From Polyangiaceae bacterium (lineage in GTDB: Bacteria; Myxococcota_A; Polyangia; Polyangiales; Polyangiaceae), in contig JBNKBE010000020.1 in the NCBI GenBank assembly GCA_050287085.1, forward strand, positions 48,949 to 112,948: a stretch of 64,000 nucleotides of DNA. Direction: 5' to 3'. Below the pieces are notes generated by a model. That model was not told the DNA's origin and made no database searches. It saw nothing but the letters and a program-made list of their open reading frames with translations. Below, piece after piece: positions 10,258-20,813 of this stretch; position 1 is the stretch's first letter, and each line of letters opens with the position of its first letter. A program made the position numbers and the translations under genes.

Positions 10258-11820
10258 CTAGACGCCGCCCCAAACTCCGTCGACGGGAGCGGCGCCGTTC
10301 TTGTTGAACACCTCGTCCTGCAACTTGGACAGCGGATCCGCCCCCAGGAAGGGCTGCGCCGCCGTCAGCCAAATACTGTTGTGATGCCCATCGACTCGCT
10401 GGAAACCGCCGGGCTTCATCCCCAGCTTGGAGCCGCCAATGATGAGGGCCGAAGCGCCGTTGCGGTCGTGAGAGGGGTTGCCCACCTCGCTGACCATCGT
10501 GATGACGGTGCGATCCAACAAGCTCGCGCCGTCAGTCGCTAGCGGATCGGGCGTGGAGAGGAAGTCGTTAACGAACTTCGCCGTGTTTTCGAAGTACCAA
10601 CGCTGAACGCTGACCATCGCATCCCAGATGTAGGCATTGTTGCCAGGACGCGCACCCTGATAGAAAGACGAGTCCAGGTTGCGGTGGCTGAGTGGGTGAT
10701 GCATCCAGATGCGGTTCGGATCGTTCGGATCTGCACCCTTGAACGATACGTGATTGGTACCGGGTGACCATTCGAAAGTGCCGACGCGGATGATGTCACA
10801 CGCCATCGCCGAACGGATGATGCTCGCGTGAGCGGCGCCCACCTCCGCGTGCAGCGGAGCGTCGTCGGCACGAGCCTCAGGGTTACGGTAGTCACTGTTC
10901 GCATCCGAGTTGGCGCCCGTCAGGTTCGACTGCGGCAGCAAGGGCGCTTCACATACCGCGGCTTCCGGCGGGTTGTTGATCTGCTCCGAAAGCTGCATCT
11001 CCAACTTGCGAATTACGTCCGCATGAGCGTCGATCTTGGAGCGCTCGTTGGCCGGAGCCAGCGCCGACAGACGAGCCAGTTCACGCTGCGAATGGTCCAG
11101 CACGCTCTTGCGTTGCTTGAGCAAGCGCAACGCGTCCACGTCCGTCATCGCCCCTCCCGCCTGGAAGTCGCTGAACAAGTCGTTGTAAGCCGTTACGGGA
11201 CTCAACGTCGGGCGCAGCGGCTCGTTCTCCATGATCTGCCCACCGGGCACCGCCGCCTGAATCGACTGCTTGCGGTAGCCGTAGGATAGGCAACGCGTGG
11301 ACGTCTCGTAGGAGTCGACGCGCGAGTCGCAGATGACGTTGTAGTAGTCACGACCGCCGCTCTTGAGATCCTCGACGTGGTTGAGGAGGATCTGATCCCA
11401 AGAGGGGCCACCCGCGCAGCCATCGTCGGTTTCACCACCGTTGGCACGCGTTCCAGGACCGTTGGCGCCGGTCGTCGAAAACGGGGTTCCGGCTTCGTGA
11501 GCGCCGCCACCAGGACATTGCATGCCATTCATGTTGAAGCCCAACATGATGTGGGTGTGGGGCTTCAGCTCCGGCGTAGCAAAAGGAGCAATGATGTAGC
11601 CCGCGCCGCCGTGGGTATCCGATACGGTGTAGTCAGCCCCGGTACCGGTTGGAACGAAGGCTTGTTGGATCGACCCACAGGGCCAACTGACCATCAGAAA
11701 ACGCGGCGGCGAACCCGCGCCCTGGGCGGAGGCCTCCATATTGCGAAGGATAGCACCGTAACCAACGGCTCCGCCGACGGCGGCGAGAAATGAGCGTCGC
11801 GCAACTCGATAAGACTTCAT
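10258..11820 (-). CDS. DUF1552 domain protein, Tat-exported
   Basis: Twin-arginine ARRSFLAAVG, GGPSWDQ, P..AYNDLFS, RKSVLD, KIDAH...IR.LE, LLDRT...SE.G...H. Paired with a DUF1592 gene. Confidence 0.8.
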   Translation of the reverse strand: MKSYRVARRSFLAAVGGAVGYGAILRNMEASAQGAGSPPRFLMVSWPCGSIQQAFVPTGTGADYTVSDTHGGAGYIIAPFATPELKPHTHIMLGFNMNGMQCPGGGAHEAGTPFSTTGANGPGTRANGGETDDGCAGGPSWDQILLNHVEDLKSGGRDYYNVICDSRVDSYETSTRCLSYGYRKQSIQAAVPGGQIMENEPLRPTLSPVTAYNDLFSDFQAGGAMTDVDALRLLKQRKSVLDHSQRELARLSALAPANERSKIDAHADVIRKLEMQLSEQINNPPEAAVCEAPLLPQSNLTGANSDANSDYRNPEARADDAPLHAEVGAAHASIIRSAMACDIIRVGTFEWSPGTNHVSFKGADPNDPNRIWMHHPLSHRNLDSSFYQGARPGNNAYIWDAMVSVQRWYFENTAKFVNDFLSTPDPLATDGASLLDRTVITMVSEVGNPSHDRNGASALIIGGSKLGMKPGGFQRVDGHHNSIWLTAAQPFLGADPLSKLQDEVFNKNGAAPVDGVWGGV

Positions 11821-11825
11821 GGTTT

Positions 11826-13718
11826 TCAATTTCCTGGCGTGCGGATGGAAAGGGTATCCGAGGCAACAATCTCGGCAACAAGAGCACTGAAGCTCTTTTC
11901 CGGGAGCGCCTCGAAGGCGTTGGTGACCGCGCGAACCGCGCAGCTATTGGTGGGATGGTCCGGTTGTTCGGCGCGGGCGCTGCCTTGGCCTTCGTCAGCT
12001 AGCGCGTAGTTGATGAAGTTCATCGTCATGCACCGGGTGAGCGCGTTCGTCCCCCACGTGGGCTCCATCCGCAGCAACGCTTCGGCAAACTGCTCGGGTG
12101 TGCTCACCGTCGCGCGATCGGGAACCTGATCCCCATCCTGGTCGTAGCTGAAGGCCGTTGGCAACTTGGCCACCGTCCAGTTGGCGTCGATGGGATTGCC
12201 GTCCTTATCCGCGGTGCGATAACGTCCCACCGCATCGTAGTTCTCCAACACCATGCCCATCGCGTCGAACTGCCCATGGCAGCCAGCACAGACCGTGCCT
12301 CGCATCGGATCCGCACGGAAGTCCGCCTTCTCCTTCTCGGTCCAGCCTTCTTGATCCGCAATCACACCCAGAATGGCAGGGTCGGTGGGCGGCGGCGGAT
12401 TTTGGGAGCAAACCAGAGCTGCGTTTAGCGCAAGCCCGCGTCCCACAACCGACGTACCGTTGGGACGAGACTTTGACGTGAGGAACGCCGCCAGGGTGAG
12501 CAAGCCGGAACGCCCTTCGGGCAGCTCCACCTCGGTAAACGTATTCTGGTCGTCCGTGGGTGCGTCGATGCCATACACGTCGTTGGCCAGCATGTTGTTT
12601 ACCCAGCCCCGCCGCGTGGTGATGAGATCCCCGAGCGACCCTTCCCACAACACGTGGGAGAGGAACTCCTGAGCTTCTCGATACATCGAGTTCTTCAGGC
12701 CGGAAGTCACCTCAAAGCCAGGGGTGGCATCCTCGTCCAGAACGATGCCCGGAACGGTGGTCAACTGGAAGTAGCCCGTCATAGCCGCTTCTAGATTGGC
12801 CTTGGCCTCGGGGGTCGCTAGCAAGCGCATCGCATGAGCTCGCAGTGTGTTCTTGTCAGACAGCTGCCCCGCGTCCGCCGCAGCTCGAAGCTCAGCATCC
12901 GGCGGGCCGTCGGTGAGGAAGTACGAAACCTCGCTAGCGATTTCGTGTTGGCTCAAGCTGCCCTGAATTTCGAAGCCATCACCGATTTCCGTACGGTACA
13001 AGAACCCCGGCGAAAGCAAGACCGCGTCGTAGCCGAATTGAACGGCCTCCGCGACGCTGCCCCCGTTGGTCTCCGTGAGCTCCGTCCACAGGGTCTGATA
13101 TGAAGTCTTCTCCTCCTCAGACAAGGGACGTCGGTAAGCCTCCGTGGCAAACGACAAGACCTTCTCTAGACCACAACCTGCGTCACACGCAGCTTCACCT
13201 TCAAACTCGCTCGCGACCAGCGTCATGGCACCGCGCGCGGCGCGATCCCGCAGGTCAAACTCGCTTTGGCCGAGGGTGGTACCCAACGTGGCCAGCGGCG
13301 GGAATGCGCGCAACGTCGCATCTACAACGTCCTCGCCTGCAAACAACTCGGCCGCTGCCTCGCCGAAGAGGGCCATGTAGGTATTGACCAACTGGTTGTC
13401 GGTCAACTTCACGACACGCTTTTGGGTCGTGACCTGATTGCCCACACACTCCCCCTCGGGAGGAGGAGGCAACACCATGCCACCACCGTTGCTCGTCCCG
13501 GCCGAATTCCCGGCGGCGCCACCGGCTCCGGCCATATCCCCACCGCCACCGGCTGTTGCGCTTCCAGCGCTGCCCGCCTGCGAACCGGCCATATCGGGGG
13601 GGTTGGCGTCGCCAGAACAGGCCGCCAAGGAGCTTGCCCCGAGCACCACGAGCGCAGCGCTCAGGGGTGTCATGAATCTAAATTTTAGCTGTCGCTTCGT
13701 CATCGACTTCCTCGCCAA
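11826..13718 (-). CDS. DUF1592/DUF1588/DUF1595 (PSD-type) lipoprotein with a c-type heme motif
   Basis: Lipobox SLAAC, AYRRPL, VLLSPGFLYR, EIASEVSYFL..PPD.EL, RSGLLT, S.V.RG, CAGCH, and D.MG..LENYDAVGRYR. Start uncertain. Confidence 0.85.
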   Translation of the reverse strand: MARKSMTKRQLKFRFMTPLSAALVVLGASSLAACSGDANPPDMAGSQAGSAGSATAGGGGDMAGAGGAAGNSAGTSNGGGMVLPPPPEGECVGNQVTTQKRVVKLTDNQLVNTYMALFGEAAAELFAGEDVVDATLRAFPPLATLGTTLGQSEFDLRDRAARGAMTLVASEFEGEAACDAGCGLEKVLSFATEAYRRPLSEEEKTSYQTLWTELTETNGGSVAEAVQFGYDAVLLSPGFLYRTEIGDGFEIQGSLSQHEIASEVSYFLTDGPPDAELRAAADAGQLSDKNTLRAHAMRLLATPEAKANLEAAMTGYFQLTTVPGIVLDEDATPGFEVTSGLKNSMYREAQEFLSHVLWEGSLGDLITTRRGWVNNMLANDVYGIDAPTDDQNTFTEVELPEGRSGLLTLAAFLTSKSRPNGTSVVGRGLALNAALVCSQNPPPPTDPAILGVIADQEGWTEKEKADFRADPMRGTVCAGCHGQFDAMGMVLENYDAVGRYRTADKDGNPIDANWTVAKLPTAFSYDQDGDQVPDRATVSTPEQFAEALLRMEPTWGTNALTRCMTMNFINYALADEGQGSARAEQPDHPTNSCAVRAVTNAFEALPEKSFSALVAEIVASDTLSIRTPGN

Positions 13719-14101
13719 GGAGTTTAGAGCGAGAGCTCGGTTGTCGAGCGCTCTGGATGGTGCGCAGCGCGTTGGATGCGCCGAACATGCTTCTCAATCG
13801 TGATAACTACCCCTTCCGAAGGCAGAAATTCACTGAGTTCTCCACTGACAAGAGGGCGCTGCTAGCCATGGTGACATTATCCGTCATAGCGACAATTTGA
13901 AGAGGGCGATTGTGCGCTATCGTCCAGGAAGGAACCCCCGGACAACGATTTGAGGACACCACGAGAAACCAGCGTCTGGACTCCGGGCGGCAAAGAACAG
14001 GGTCCGCGCGCGCAGCTCGTCCGCGGTATCCACCCGGGCTGGGCAATTTCGACGGGGCAGGTTCGCGGGTACACAGCTCGTCCGCCCAATGCCCGTCGCC
14101 C

Positions 14102-15820
14102 TCAGACGTTCCCGGAAATTCCTGCGCGGTGGACGCCACCCGCGATCGCCTCGGCGAGGGCGTGGGTCACAGATAGGCTCCCAAGGTCCAACTCTAGCAG
14201 CAGGTGACCTATCGGCTCGCCGCACCACGTCAACGCCTGCACCGTGTAGGAGCGGCCGTCATGGCCCCCTGCGGTGGCCAGCTCTTTGGGAAGCAACTCG
14301 CGGCGTGAGAAGGTCTTGCCGTGAAATGCACTCAGATCCGCCTCCGCGTCGAACGCGCAGAGTAGCCGTGCCGCTTCGTCCTCCGCCGCCGCGTAGAGCG
14401 CGACGAAGGCGCCTTTGATACCCAAGACCGGCAGGTGCTCACGAAAAGCGCCTTGAAGCTCGCCAAGGTCCGTCGCACAGGAAAAGCGATTGCAGATGGT
14501 GGCCACGCTCCGATTCCAGCGCAGCAGGTCGATGCGATCGTTCTGGAGCGCCCGCTGTGACATCTCGAACAACATCGTACGCGCCACGTGCATCAACGCT
14601 TCCAGACGATCCCGCTCCGTCCGACTGTCCTCTCCGAATAGCGGTACGAGCTGGTGGCGGAGAACCCGAACGACCTCGTCCAGCCGTTTGAGCTCAGTGG
14701 TACCCGGCAGTACTCGCTCCGCAATGGCCTGAACGGTCTGCAAGAAGGCGCCGCCATCGCTCTGCTGCAAAGCGTCTACGACCGCGGCAAAGAGCCGCTG
14801 CTCCCAACCGCGCCCAGCCGCCCCCAGTGTGCCTTGCGAGCGCCGTGTTAACTCCAACTGAATGCGCTCGCGATTGATCAGCAACCCCCCGCCGAGACGG
14901 CCGAAGCTGGGCGCGCGAATCGAGTGCTGGTCCGCCGTGAAGCCGCTGCATCCGCAGGAGCGACGAACCACCAGCTCGACCTCCAGCACCTGGTTTTGTG
15001 GCTGGCTGCGGTGTTGAACCTGGGCGAGAACCAGTCGCATGGCTTCCTGCCCAAGGCGCGGCATCGGCTGCCGCAGGGTAGATAGGGGCGGGTAGGTCAA
15101 CTCCGCCTCGGTGATATCGTCAAATCCGGTGACAGCCACGTCGGCAGGAATGGCCACGCCCCGATCCTGAAGCGCCCGCATGACGCCTATGGCCATCCGA
15201 TCGTTGCACGCAACGACGGCATCGAGATCCGTCAGGCCCCCGCCCAGGGCGAGCGCGAGCTCCGAAACCGCTCGGACGCCGCTTTCGAAGCTGAAGTCCC
15301 CCGCCACCACGAGCTTCTCATCCACCGGCAGCTTGTGGCGCTGGAGCACGGAACGAAATGCGCGCTCGCGCAGATCCGCCTCGTCATTGTCTGTCGGGCC
15401 CCGCACGAGAGCTAGGCGCCGTGCGCCGTGGGACTCGATCAAATGTCGCACCATCCGCTCCATCCCACGCTCGTTGTCGGGCGTGACGGAAAGGGTGCTG
15501 CTGGAATCCCCGCCGACGCTGCAGCAGGGCGAGCCAACAAAACGCTGTTGGAACTGCCGTAGGCCGTCAACCCCGATTTCGTGATTCAAGCCCGTGCCGG
15601 AAAGCACGAAGCCATCGCAGACCGCCTGAGACGCGAGCTCGTAGACCCAATGACGACCGTCACCCAGCGTGGCCTCACGCGGCAACGCGCCGCCTACGAA
15701 ACACAGCAGATTGGCGCCCCCGGAGCGGGCTGTCTCGAGTAGGCCGCGAACGATTTCTACTTGATAGGGATCGGAGAAACCGTCGGCGAGGTAGCCAATG
15801 GTGTGGGCTTGAGCGCCCAT
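14102..15820 (-). CDS. LacI-type (Peripla_BP) ligand-binding domain protein lacking an N-terminal HTH
   Basis: TIGYL..DPYQ, DN..GM...V.HL, GP..N.EA..R, ACNDRMA.G, DVAVTGFDD, PPLSTLRQP and LVVRRSCGC, followed by a helical/GAF-like tail. Confidence 0.75.
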   Translation of the reverse strand: MGAQAHTIGYLADGFSDPYQVEIVRGLLETARSGGANLLCFVGGALPREATLGDGRHWVYELASQAVCDGFVLSGTGLNHEIGVDGLRQFQQRFVGSPCCSVGGDSSSTLSVTPDNERGMERMVRHLIESHGARRLALVRGPTDNDEADLRERAFRSVLQRHKLPVDEKLVVAGDFSFESGVRAVSELALALGGGLTDLDAVVACNDRMAIGVMRALQDRGVAIPADVAVTGFDDITEAELTYPPLSTLRQPMPRLGQEAMRLVLAQVQHRSQPQNQVLEVELVVRRSCGCSGFTADQHSIRAPSFGRLGGGLLINRERIQLELTRRSQGTLGAAGRGWEQRLFAAVVDALQQSDGGAFLQTVQAIAERVLPGTTELKRLDEVVRVLRHQLVPLFGEDSRTERDRLEALMHVARTMLFEMSQRALQNDRIDLLRWNRSVATICNRFSCATDLGELQGAFREHLPVLGIKGAFVALYAAAEDEAARLLCAFDAEADLSAFHGKTFSRRELLPKELATAGGHDGRSYTVQALTWCGEPIGHLLLELDLGSLSVTHALAEAIAGGVHRAGISGNV

Positions 15821-16152
15821 CTTGGTCAAAGAGCGAAACACTATCGATGCTTCCAGCCAGCGCAGAGAAAACGCGACCCTGCGAAACTGCTGGTTCCCCA
15901 CCGCCCAGCGCGGCGATGGATTTATGCCTCCAAATGCTCGCCCGCGCCAGGCGTACTCCACGCCGGCCCCCAAGACACATGCCCCTCTGCCAGGGGCAGG
16001 CTACAACCGCCCGGCCGGCGACGGGCCATCTACGCGCCTCGCAGGCCGAGGCGGCGCCCTCGGGCTTGCGGCACTCTGCTCCTCGGCGACGCTGCAGCCA
16101 AAGCGCGTGCCCCGCCGGAACCAGCGAGGCTGCGCCGCTCAACGAGGCCCTC

Positions 16153-17094
16153 TCACGGAAGCGAAACGCGAACCGCCGTGTACGGGGTGTCGGGCTCAGG
16201 CGGCGTCGCGAAACGCGCATTGGCTGCGTAGAGCGAATGCCCCACTGCGGCTATCGTGGCGGGAATGTCAAATCCGTCACTGGTGAGCACATGGGTCACC
16301 TCGCCGCTGGTGAAGTCGCGCGACAGCGAGACCTCTGCGATCTGATTGAAGAAATTCTGCACTACGTACAGCTTGCACCCGACGAATAGAATGCCGTCAC
16401 CGAAGCTCAAGTCCGCGCCGCCAAGATCGATTTCCTCGGCCACACCGGTGTCTGGGTCGACCTTGTAGAGCACCCCCAGCGTCGTGTGGACAATGACGAG
16501 CGAACCGCCAAAGTAGCGCGCTTCGATGCCATTGCTGTTGAACTGACCGTCGAGGTGCTGGTAGTCGCCACTCAGCGGGATTTCTTCAATTGCCGCATCC
16601 GGCGCCAGCCGACCAGAGTGACCGAGCGGCAATCGATAGACGACCGGACGAAATGAGTCCGTGATATAGACCGCGCGGCGAGTGACCACGACGTCGTTGA
16701 CGAGGGTAGCCGGCGAGTTGGTTGCCTCCAACACGGCAACCTCGGCGCCCGTGATGGCGTTGTAAACGAACACCTTGCCCGTTGGGCCACCCGCCACGTA
16801 CAGGTTGTTGGTGCGACGATCCCACTTCATGCCGAGAGCCGAGCGCCCCTCCATCGCGGGAACAAAGACGCTGCCGCTACCCGTACGCGGGTTAACACGG
16901 TAGATGCTACCCGTAGCGATGGACCCTACGAAGAGGGAACCCCGCGGTGCCACGGTAATACCTTCGGGCTGAAAGCCATCCGGCAAGTCCAGCGTGTCCT
17001 GCAGTCCGTAGTTGAAGTCGTGGGCTGCTGCTGGTTTCGAGACGGCAAATAACGAGATTGCCATCGCGAATGCGAACGAGATTAGAGATTTCAT
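16153..17094 (-). CDS. Secreted SMP-30/gluconolactonase-like six-bladed beta-propeller
   Basis: Strong GAGGAGG RBS, signal peptide, LPDGFQPEGI, LVNDVVV, NSNGIEA, FGDGI. Confidence 0.75.
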   Translation of the reverse strand: MKSLISFAFAMAISLFAVSKPAAAHDFNYGLQDTLDLPDGFQPEGITVAPRGSLFVGSIATGSIYRVNPRTGSGSVFVPAMEGRSALGMKWDRRTNNLYVAGGPTGKVFVYNAITGAEVAVLEATNSPATLVNDVVVTRRAVYITDSFRPVVYRLPLGHSGRLAPDAAIEEIPLSGDYQHLDGQFNSNGIEARYFGGSLVIVHTTLGVLYKVDPDTGVAEEIDLGGADLSFGDGILFVGCKLYVVQNFFNQIAEVSLSRDFTSGEVTHVLTSDGFDIPATIAAVGHSLYAANARFATPPEPDTPYTAVRVSLP

Positions 17095-17419
17095 TTTTTA
17101 CGGGTCCTCCTCTTTCGCTATTTTGCTAGATCAAGTCGTCATCAAGCGCCACCGCGCCGTTGCGCCTGCAGCCCTATTCAGTTTCCAGGCCGGCGCCCCT
17201 TGGTAGCGTGTTTCCAGGATCGTCACGGACGGCCCCGCTGCACGCAGGCACCCCTCCGCACCGGCACGGCACGACCTGCCCAGGCGATGGTCCGCACGCA
17301 CTAGCCCAGGCGCGAGCCCCAGCGCGCATTTCCGCGCAAACTGCACCCGGTGAACCATTCCGAACCCGAACGCGACGCGCCGCGTGCCCACGGGCAATCG
17401 TCGTGACCCGAAGCTCCGA

Positions 17420-19258
17420 CTACTGAACGAGCAAAATCCTGCAGCCATGACAAGCGCCGTCGACAGCGTCGTCACAATCTTCTCCATGAGTCACGAGACC
17501 GTCACCGCAGAACTCAGCGAGCATGCAGTCGGTGCCGCAATGATTGTACTCATCGGCATTGAGTTCGCCGTCGTCGCACTCCTCACCAAATTCGACGGTT
17601 CCGTTGCCACACTCACCCGCACACGCTGAGCGGATGGGAACAAAACCAGACAAAGTGAGGCGAAACGTTGAGCCCGTCGTGTGCCGCTCAGCGTGAAACA
17701 CCTTGATTGGATAGACGTTGCCGGGCGTCATGCCATGAGCACTCCCCGTCCCGCCTACGAAATGATCGTCAGAGCCGGAAACCATCACTTCGCCGCCAAC
17801 AGCTGAGTGAAGGCCTCCTAGGTCCAGTGCTAGGCGGCCATTGATGAAGACCCATACGTCATCGTCACCCGCAAAACGCAGAGTCGCCTGCGTCGAGTCT
17901 TCGAAGGGAAACCAGTATTCGACCTCCGATGTGAACGAGAAGTTATGCAGCGGACCTGAGCCGGTCAGCTCGAATTCGCTGTACAGCACCCCGTTCAAGC
18001 CGTACTCGGTGGTCGCGACTTGCGCGGTCGACACTGCGTCGCCACGAGCATCGTCAATGCCGTCGATGGGGAAGAAGAAAGGTGTCCCGTAGAACGGCCC
18101 GCAATGCGGAGCCGTCGCACAATCGGTGTTCTGGTAGCTACCCACCTTCGTGTACCAAGGCTCGCCGTTGGCGCCGTGACGATTGACGTAGTTGCCGTCT
18201 CCGTCGTCGTAGAGCACTAGCTCGGTCGGATAGGTGGTGCTGCTCGGGCCATCGTTGTACCAATCGGCAAAGCCGCCGGTGCACATCTCGCTGCCCGTGG
18301 CAATCGGCTTGCCATCGACCAAAGCGGGTTCTACCAAGCCCAGAGTGGGCGCGCTCCCGGAACACGTGGACTCGAAGTCGGGGTGAGTGAAATCGAAGTC
18401 GCGATAAACAACAGGCACGCGAAGCACACACTCATCGGTCGCCTCAGAGCGTTCGCACTCGAGCAGCCGTGCTTCGCATGAATAGCCCGGCTCGATCTGA
18501 CAGTTCGCGTCGCAGCCGTCACCGGGTAGCAGATTGCCGTCGTCACACGCTTCCCCAAGCACGATCCCGTCGCCGCAAGCGGACGTGCAGGGGCCGCTGC
18601 CGGAGCAGTCGGGCGCAAACTGACACTGCGACGTGCAACCCTGATCGCTATCAGGCTCACAACGCTCGGTGCCTTCGACCTTGCCATCGCCACAGACGGT
18701 GGGCTCACACTCGCTAGGCTGCCCGGAACACTTGAACCCAGACTCAAGCTGACACGCAGCATCGCAGCCATCACCCTCGTCTAGGGCGCCGTCATCACAC
18801 TGCTCAGGAAAGCCGACAACTCCGTCGCCGCAACGAGTGAAGGGGATACACTCCTGCGGCGCGCCAGCGCGAGGAGGCTTGCACACATAACCCGGCTCGA
18901 TGAGTAAGCAGTTCGCAGCACAGCCGTCGCCGTCGGCCTGATTGCCGTCGTCGCAAGCTTCGCTGTCGCCCAACAGACCATCGCCGCAAACGCCAAGCGT
19001 ATTCATGGGCGTCTGAATGAGGGTCTCCTCCGGACCGTCGTCCCCAGGGCCTCGATCCGGGACGCTTGCGACCGCCCCCGCGCCGGCACCGGCAGACGCA
19101 GAACTACCGGCGGAACCCTCCGACTCGGGCGACTCTCCACTGTTGGAACAGGCTATGAGACCCACGCCAGATACGAGGAGAAGGCTTGCCACAATGCCCG
19201 GGAAGGCGGCCGGAGTCGGTGACAGCGAGCGGGAACGAAGAGAGGAATGCGGTGCCAT
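17420..19258 (-). CDS. Fibro-slime (PA14-like) domain lipoprotein with myxobacterial Cys-rich repeats (DUF4215)
   Basis: Lipobox LIAC, repeated CGDG....E.CDDGN..GDGC, YRDF..HPDFE, HNFSFTSE, F.GDDDVWVFING.L.LDLGG.H, and FHAERHT.GS.F. Confidence 0.9.
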   Translation of the reverse strand: MAPHSSLRSRSLSPTPAAFPGIVASLLLVSGVGLIACSNSGESPESEGSAGSSASAGAGAGAVASVPDRGPGDDGPEETLIQTPMNTLGVCGDGLLGDSEACDDGNQADGDGCAANCLLIEPGYVCKPPRAGAPQECIPFTRCGDGVVGFPEQCDDGALDEGDGCDAACQLESGFKCSGQPSECEPTVCGDGKVEGTERCEPDSDQGCTSQCQFAPDCSGSGPCTSACGDGIVLGEACDDGNLLPGDGCDANCQIEPGYSCEARLLECERSEATDECVLRVPVVYRDFDFTHPDFESTCSGSAPTLGLVEPALVDGKPIATGSEMCTGGFADWYNDGPSSTTYPTELVLYDDGDGNYVNRHGANGEPWYTKVGSYQNTDCATAPHCGPFYGTPFFFPIDGIDDARGDAVSTAQVATTEYGLNGVLYSEFELTGSGPLHNFSFTSEVEYWFPFEDSTQATLRFAGDDDVWVFINGRLALDLGGLHSAVGGEVMVSGSDDHFVGGTGSAHGMTPGNVYPIKVFHAERHTTGSTFRLTLSGFVPIRSACAGECGNGTVEFGEECDDGELNADEYNHCGTDCMLAEFCGDGLVTHGEDCDDAVDGACHGCRILLVQ

Positions 19259-19536
19259 GGCGAATCGGGTGACTACACCTTACACGCAATCGTGGGCGCT
19301 CGCAGCGCTGCCGTGTGCAGGGCCCCCTAGCTCCCCCTAAATGCGTGCGTCCGGGCCATGCGACCCATCAAATGCGGAAACTCGGACAGACAGACGAGAA
19401 TATCCCGCCAGGGGTGAGGTCCACTTCGCCCTCTTCGGGCTGAATTCGCCGTGAAATTCGGCGTCGCTTTTCTCTCGCGCTGCCTCGCCGAAACACTCAC
19501 GACGCAAGGCGCCGCTACGCTCGCCAATCAAACCCA

Positions 19537-20043
19537 ATGCAGAGCCCAGCGATGCTAAAATTGGACCCTCTCCAGATCAAACGCCTCCGCGATGAATTGC
19601 AGCGGCGCGGCAGCGTTTCCCAAAGTCCCCGTCCCTACGATCGCGGGGACGGGCGTACAGCCGCCGCGTGGACTCGTCTACGTCCTTTGGTCGAGGGGAT
19701 GTTTCTGGTCATGGCGGCCGACGGAGAGATCTCAAATGCAGAACGGGACGTGCTGCGCGGAGCCGTGCGCACGCTCACGGGAGATCAACTGGGAACCGCG
19801 GCTGCCGACGATATGATCCTGGAGTGTGATGCTCTGCTGCACACCTACGGCCGAGATGCGCGCCTCGACGTAATCGCATCTGAGCTCTGGTCAGCGCGGC
19901 ACGATCAGCAGCTGGCCCTGTCATTGGTTCTAGCCATGGCCCGTGCCGACGACCACATCGATCCGGCGGAACGAGATGCCATTGTTGAACTGGCGGAACG
20001 CCTCAACGTACCGGAAGCGCTAGAAACGCTCGATAGTATCTAG
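19537..20043 (+). CDS. TerB-family (tellurite resistance/co-chaperone-like) protein
   Basis: Duplicated motif MAADGEISNAERDVL and MARADDHIDPAERDAI. Confidence 0.75.
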   Translation: MQSPAMLKLDPLQIKRLRDELQRRGSVSQSPRPYDRGDGRTAAAWTRLRPLVEGMFLVMAADGEISNAERDVLRGAVRTLTGDQLGTAAADDMILECDALLHTYGRDARLDVIASELWSARHDQQLALSLVLAMARADDHIDPAERDAIVELAERLNVPEALETLDSI

Positions 20044-20057
20044 GCACAGTCCGTGTC

Positions 20058-20813
20058 CTAGCGACCTTGATCACGACACAGTCCAGCGTGACGCTGAGGA
20101 CAGGCGATCCGTACGTGAAAGTGGTCGTCATGGGGCGATGCATTGTGCGGTTGGAGCATGAGCTCTGCCGCAGCGTCCACGAAAGGCGCGAAGGCCGGAC
20201 GCGAGCTGGCGAACGCCAGCAAGCGCCGCCGCAGGTGAGCGGCCACGAACACGTGACGAATATCGGCTCGCTCGTCCTGCAACCAGGTCTGAACCATCAG
20301 CCAGTTGCGGTAGTCATCAAAGCGTAGCCCGCTACCATCTCTCGCCTTCCCCTCGGCGTCGTAGGCCACGAAATGGTCCAAGCTCCGGGGCTGCCCCGCC
20401 TGGTCCAAGGCAAAGAAGCCGACGTCCGCATCGCGACCACTCTGATGCGAACGATGCCCGTACAAGGGCCCACCTTGCTCGGACGACAGATCTCCGACCA
20501 GAAGAGGTTCACTCTGGACGTTGCGCACCATCTGCTTGGCGGTGCGCTGCAGCATCAGAACTAGCGCGGGATGACCGAAAGCAACCGTCTCGCTCCGCTC
20601 TTTGATATGGAGATATTGGGTCGCTCTCAGCCTCTTGGCTCGAAGCTGCCAACCGCTCGCAGGACTGCCCACGGAAAGTGACATCACCGAGTAAGGAGCC
20701 GCGCGATACTGAGGCGGCAATTGCCGCCCCGAGCCTGCTGCGGCCACACTGCCCGCAAGCCCTACGAGGCCCCATGCCCCCACCAATACATACCCGACTA
20801 CCGCGCGAACCAT
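20058..20813 (-). CDS. mepA: Penicillin-insensitive murein endopeptidase (MepA family)
   Basis: SVG.P..G, FGHP.L, VGDLS..GG...GHRSHQSGRDADV, and HDDHFHVRI.C. Confidence 0.8.
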   Translation of the reverse strand: MVRAVVGYVLVGAWGLVGLAGSVAAAGSGRQLPPQYRAAPYSVMSLSVGSPASGWQLRAKRLRATQYLHIKERSETVAFGHPALVLMLQRTAKQMVRNVQSEPLLVGDLSSEQGGPLYGHRSHQSGRDADVGFFALDQAGQPRSLDHFVAYDAEGKARDGSGLRFDDYRNWLMVQTWLQDERADIRHVFVAAHLRRRLLAFASSRPAFAPFVDAAAELMLQPHNASPHDDHFHVRIACPQRHAGLCRDQGR

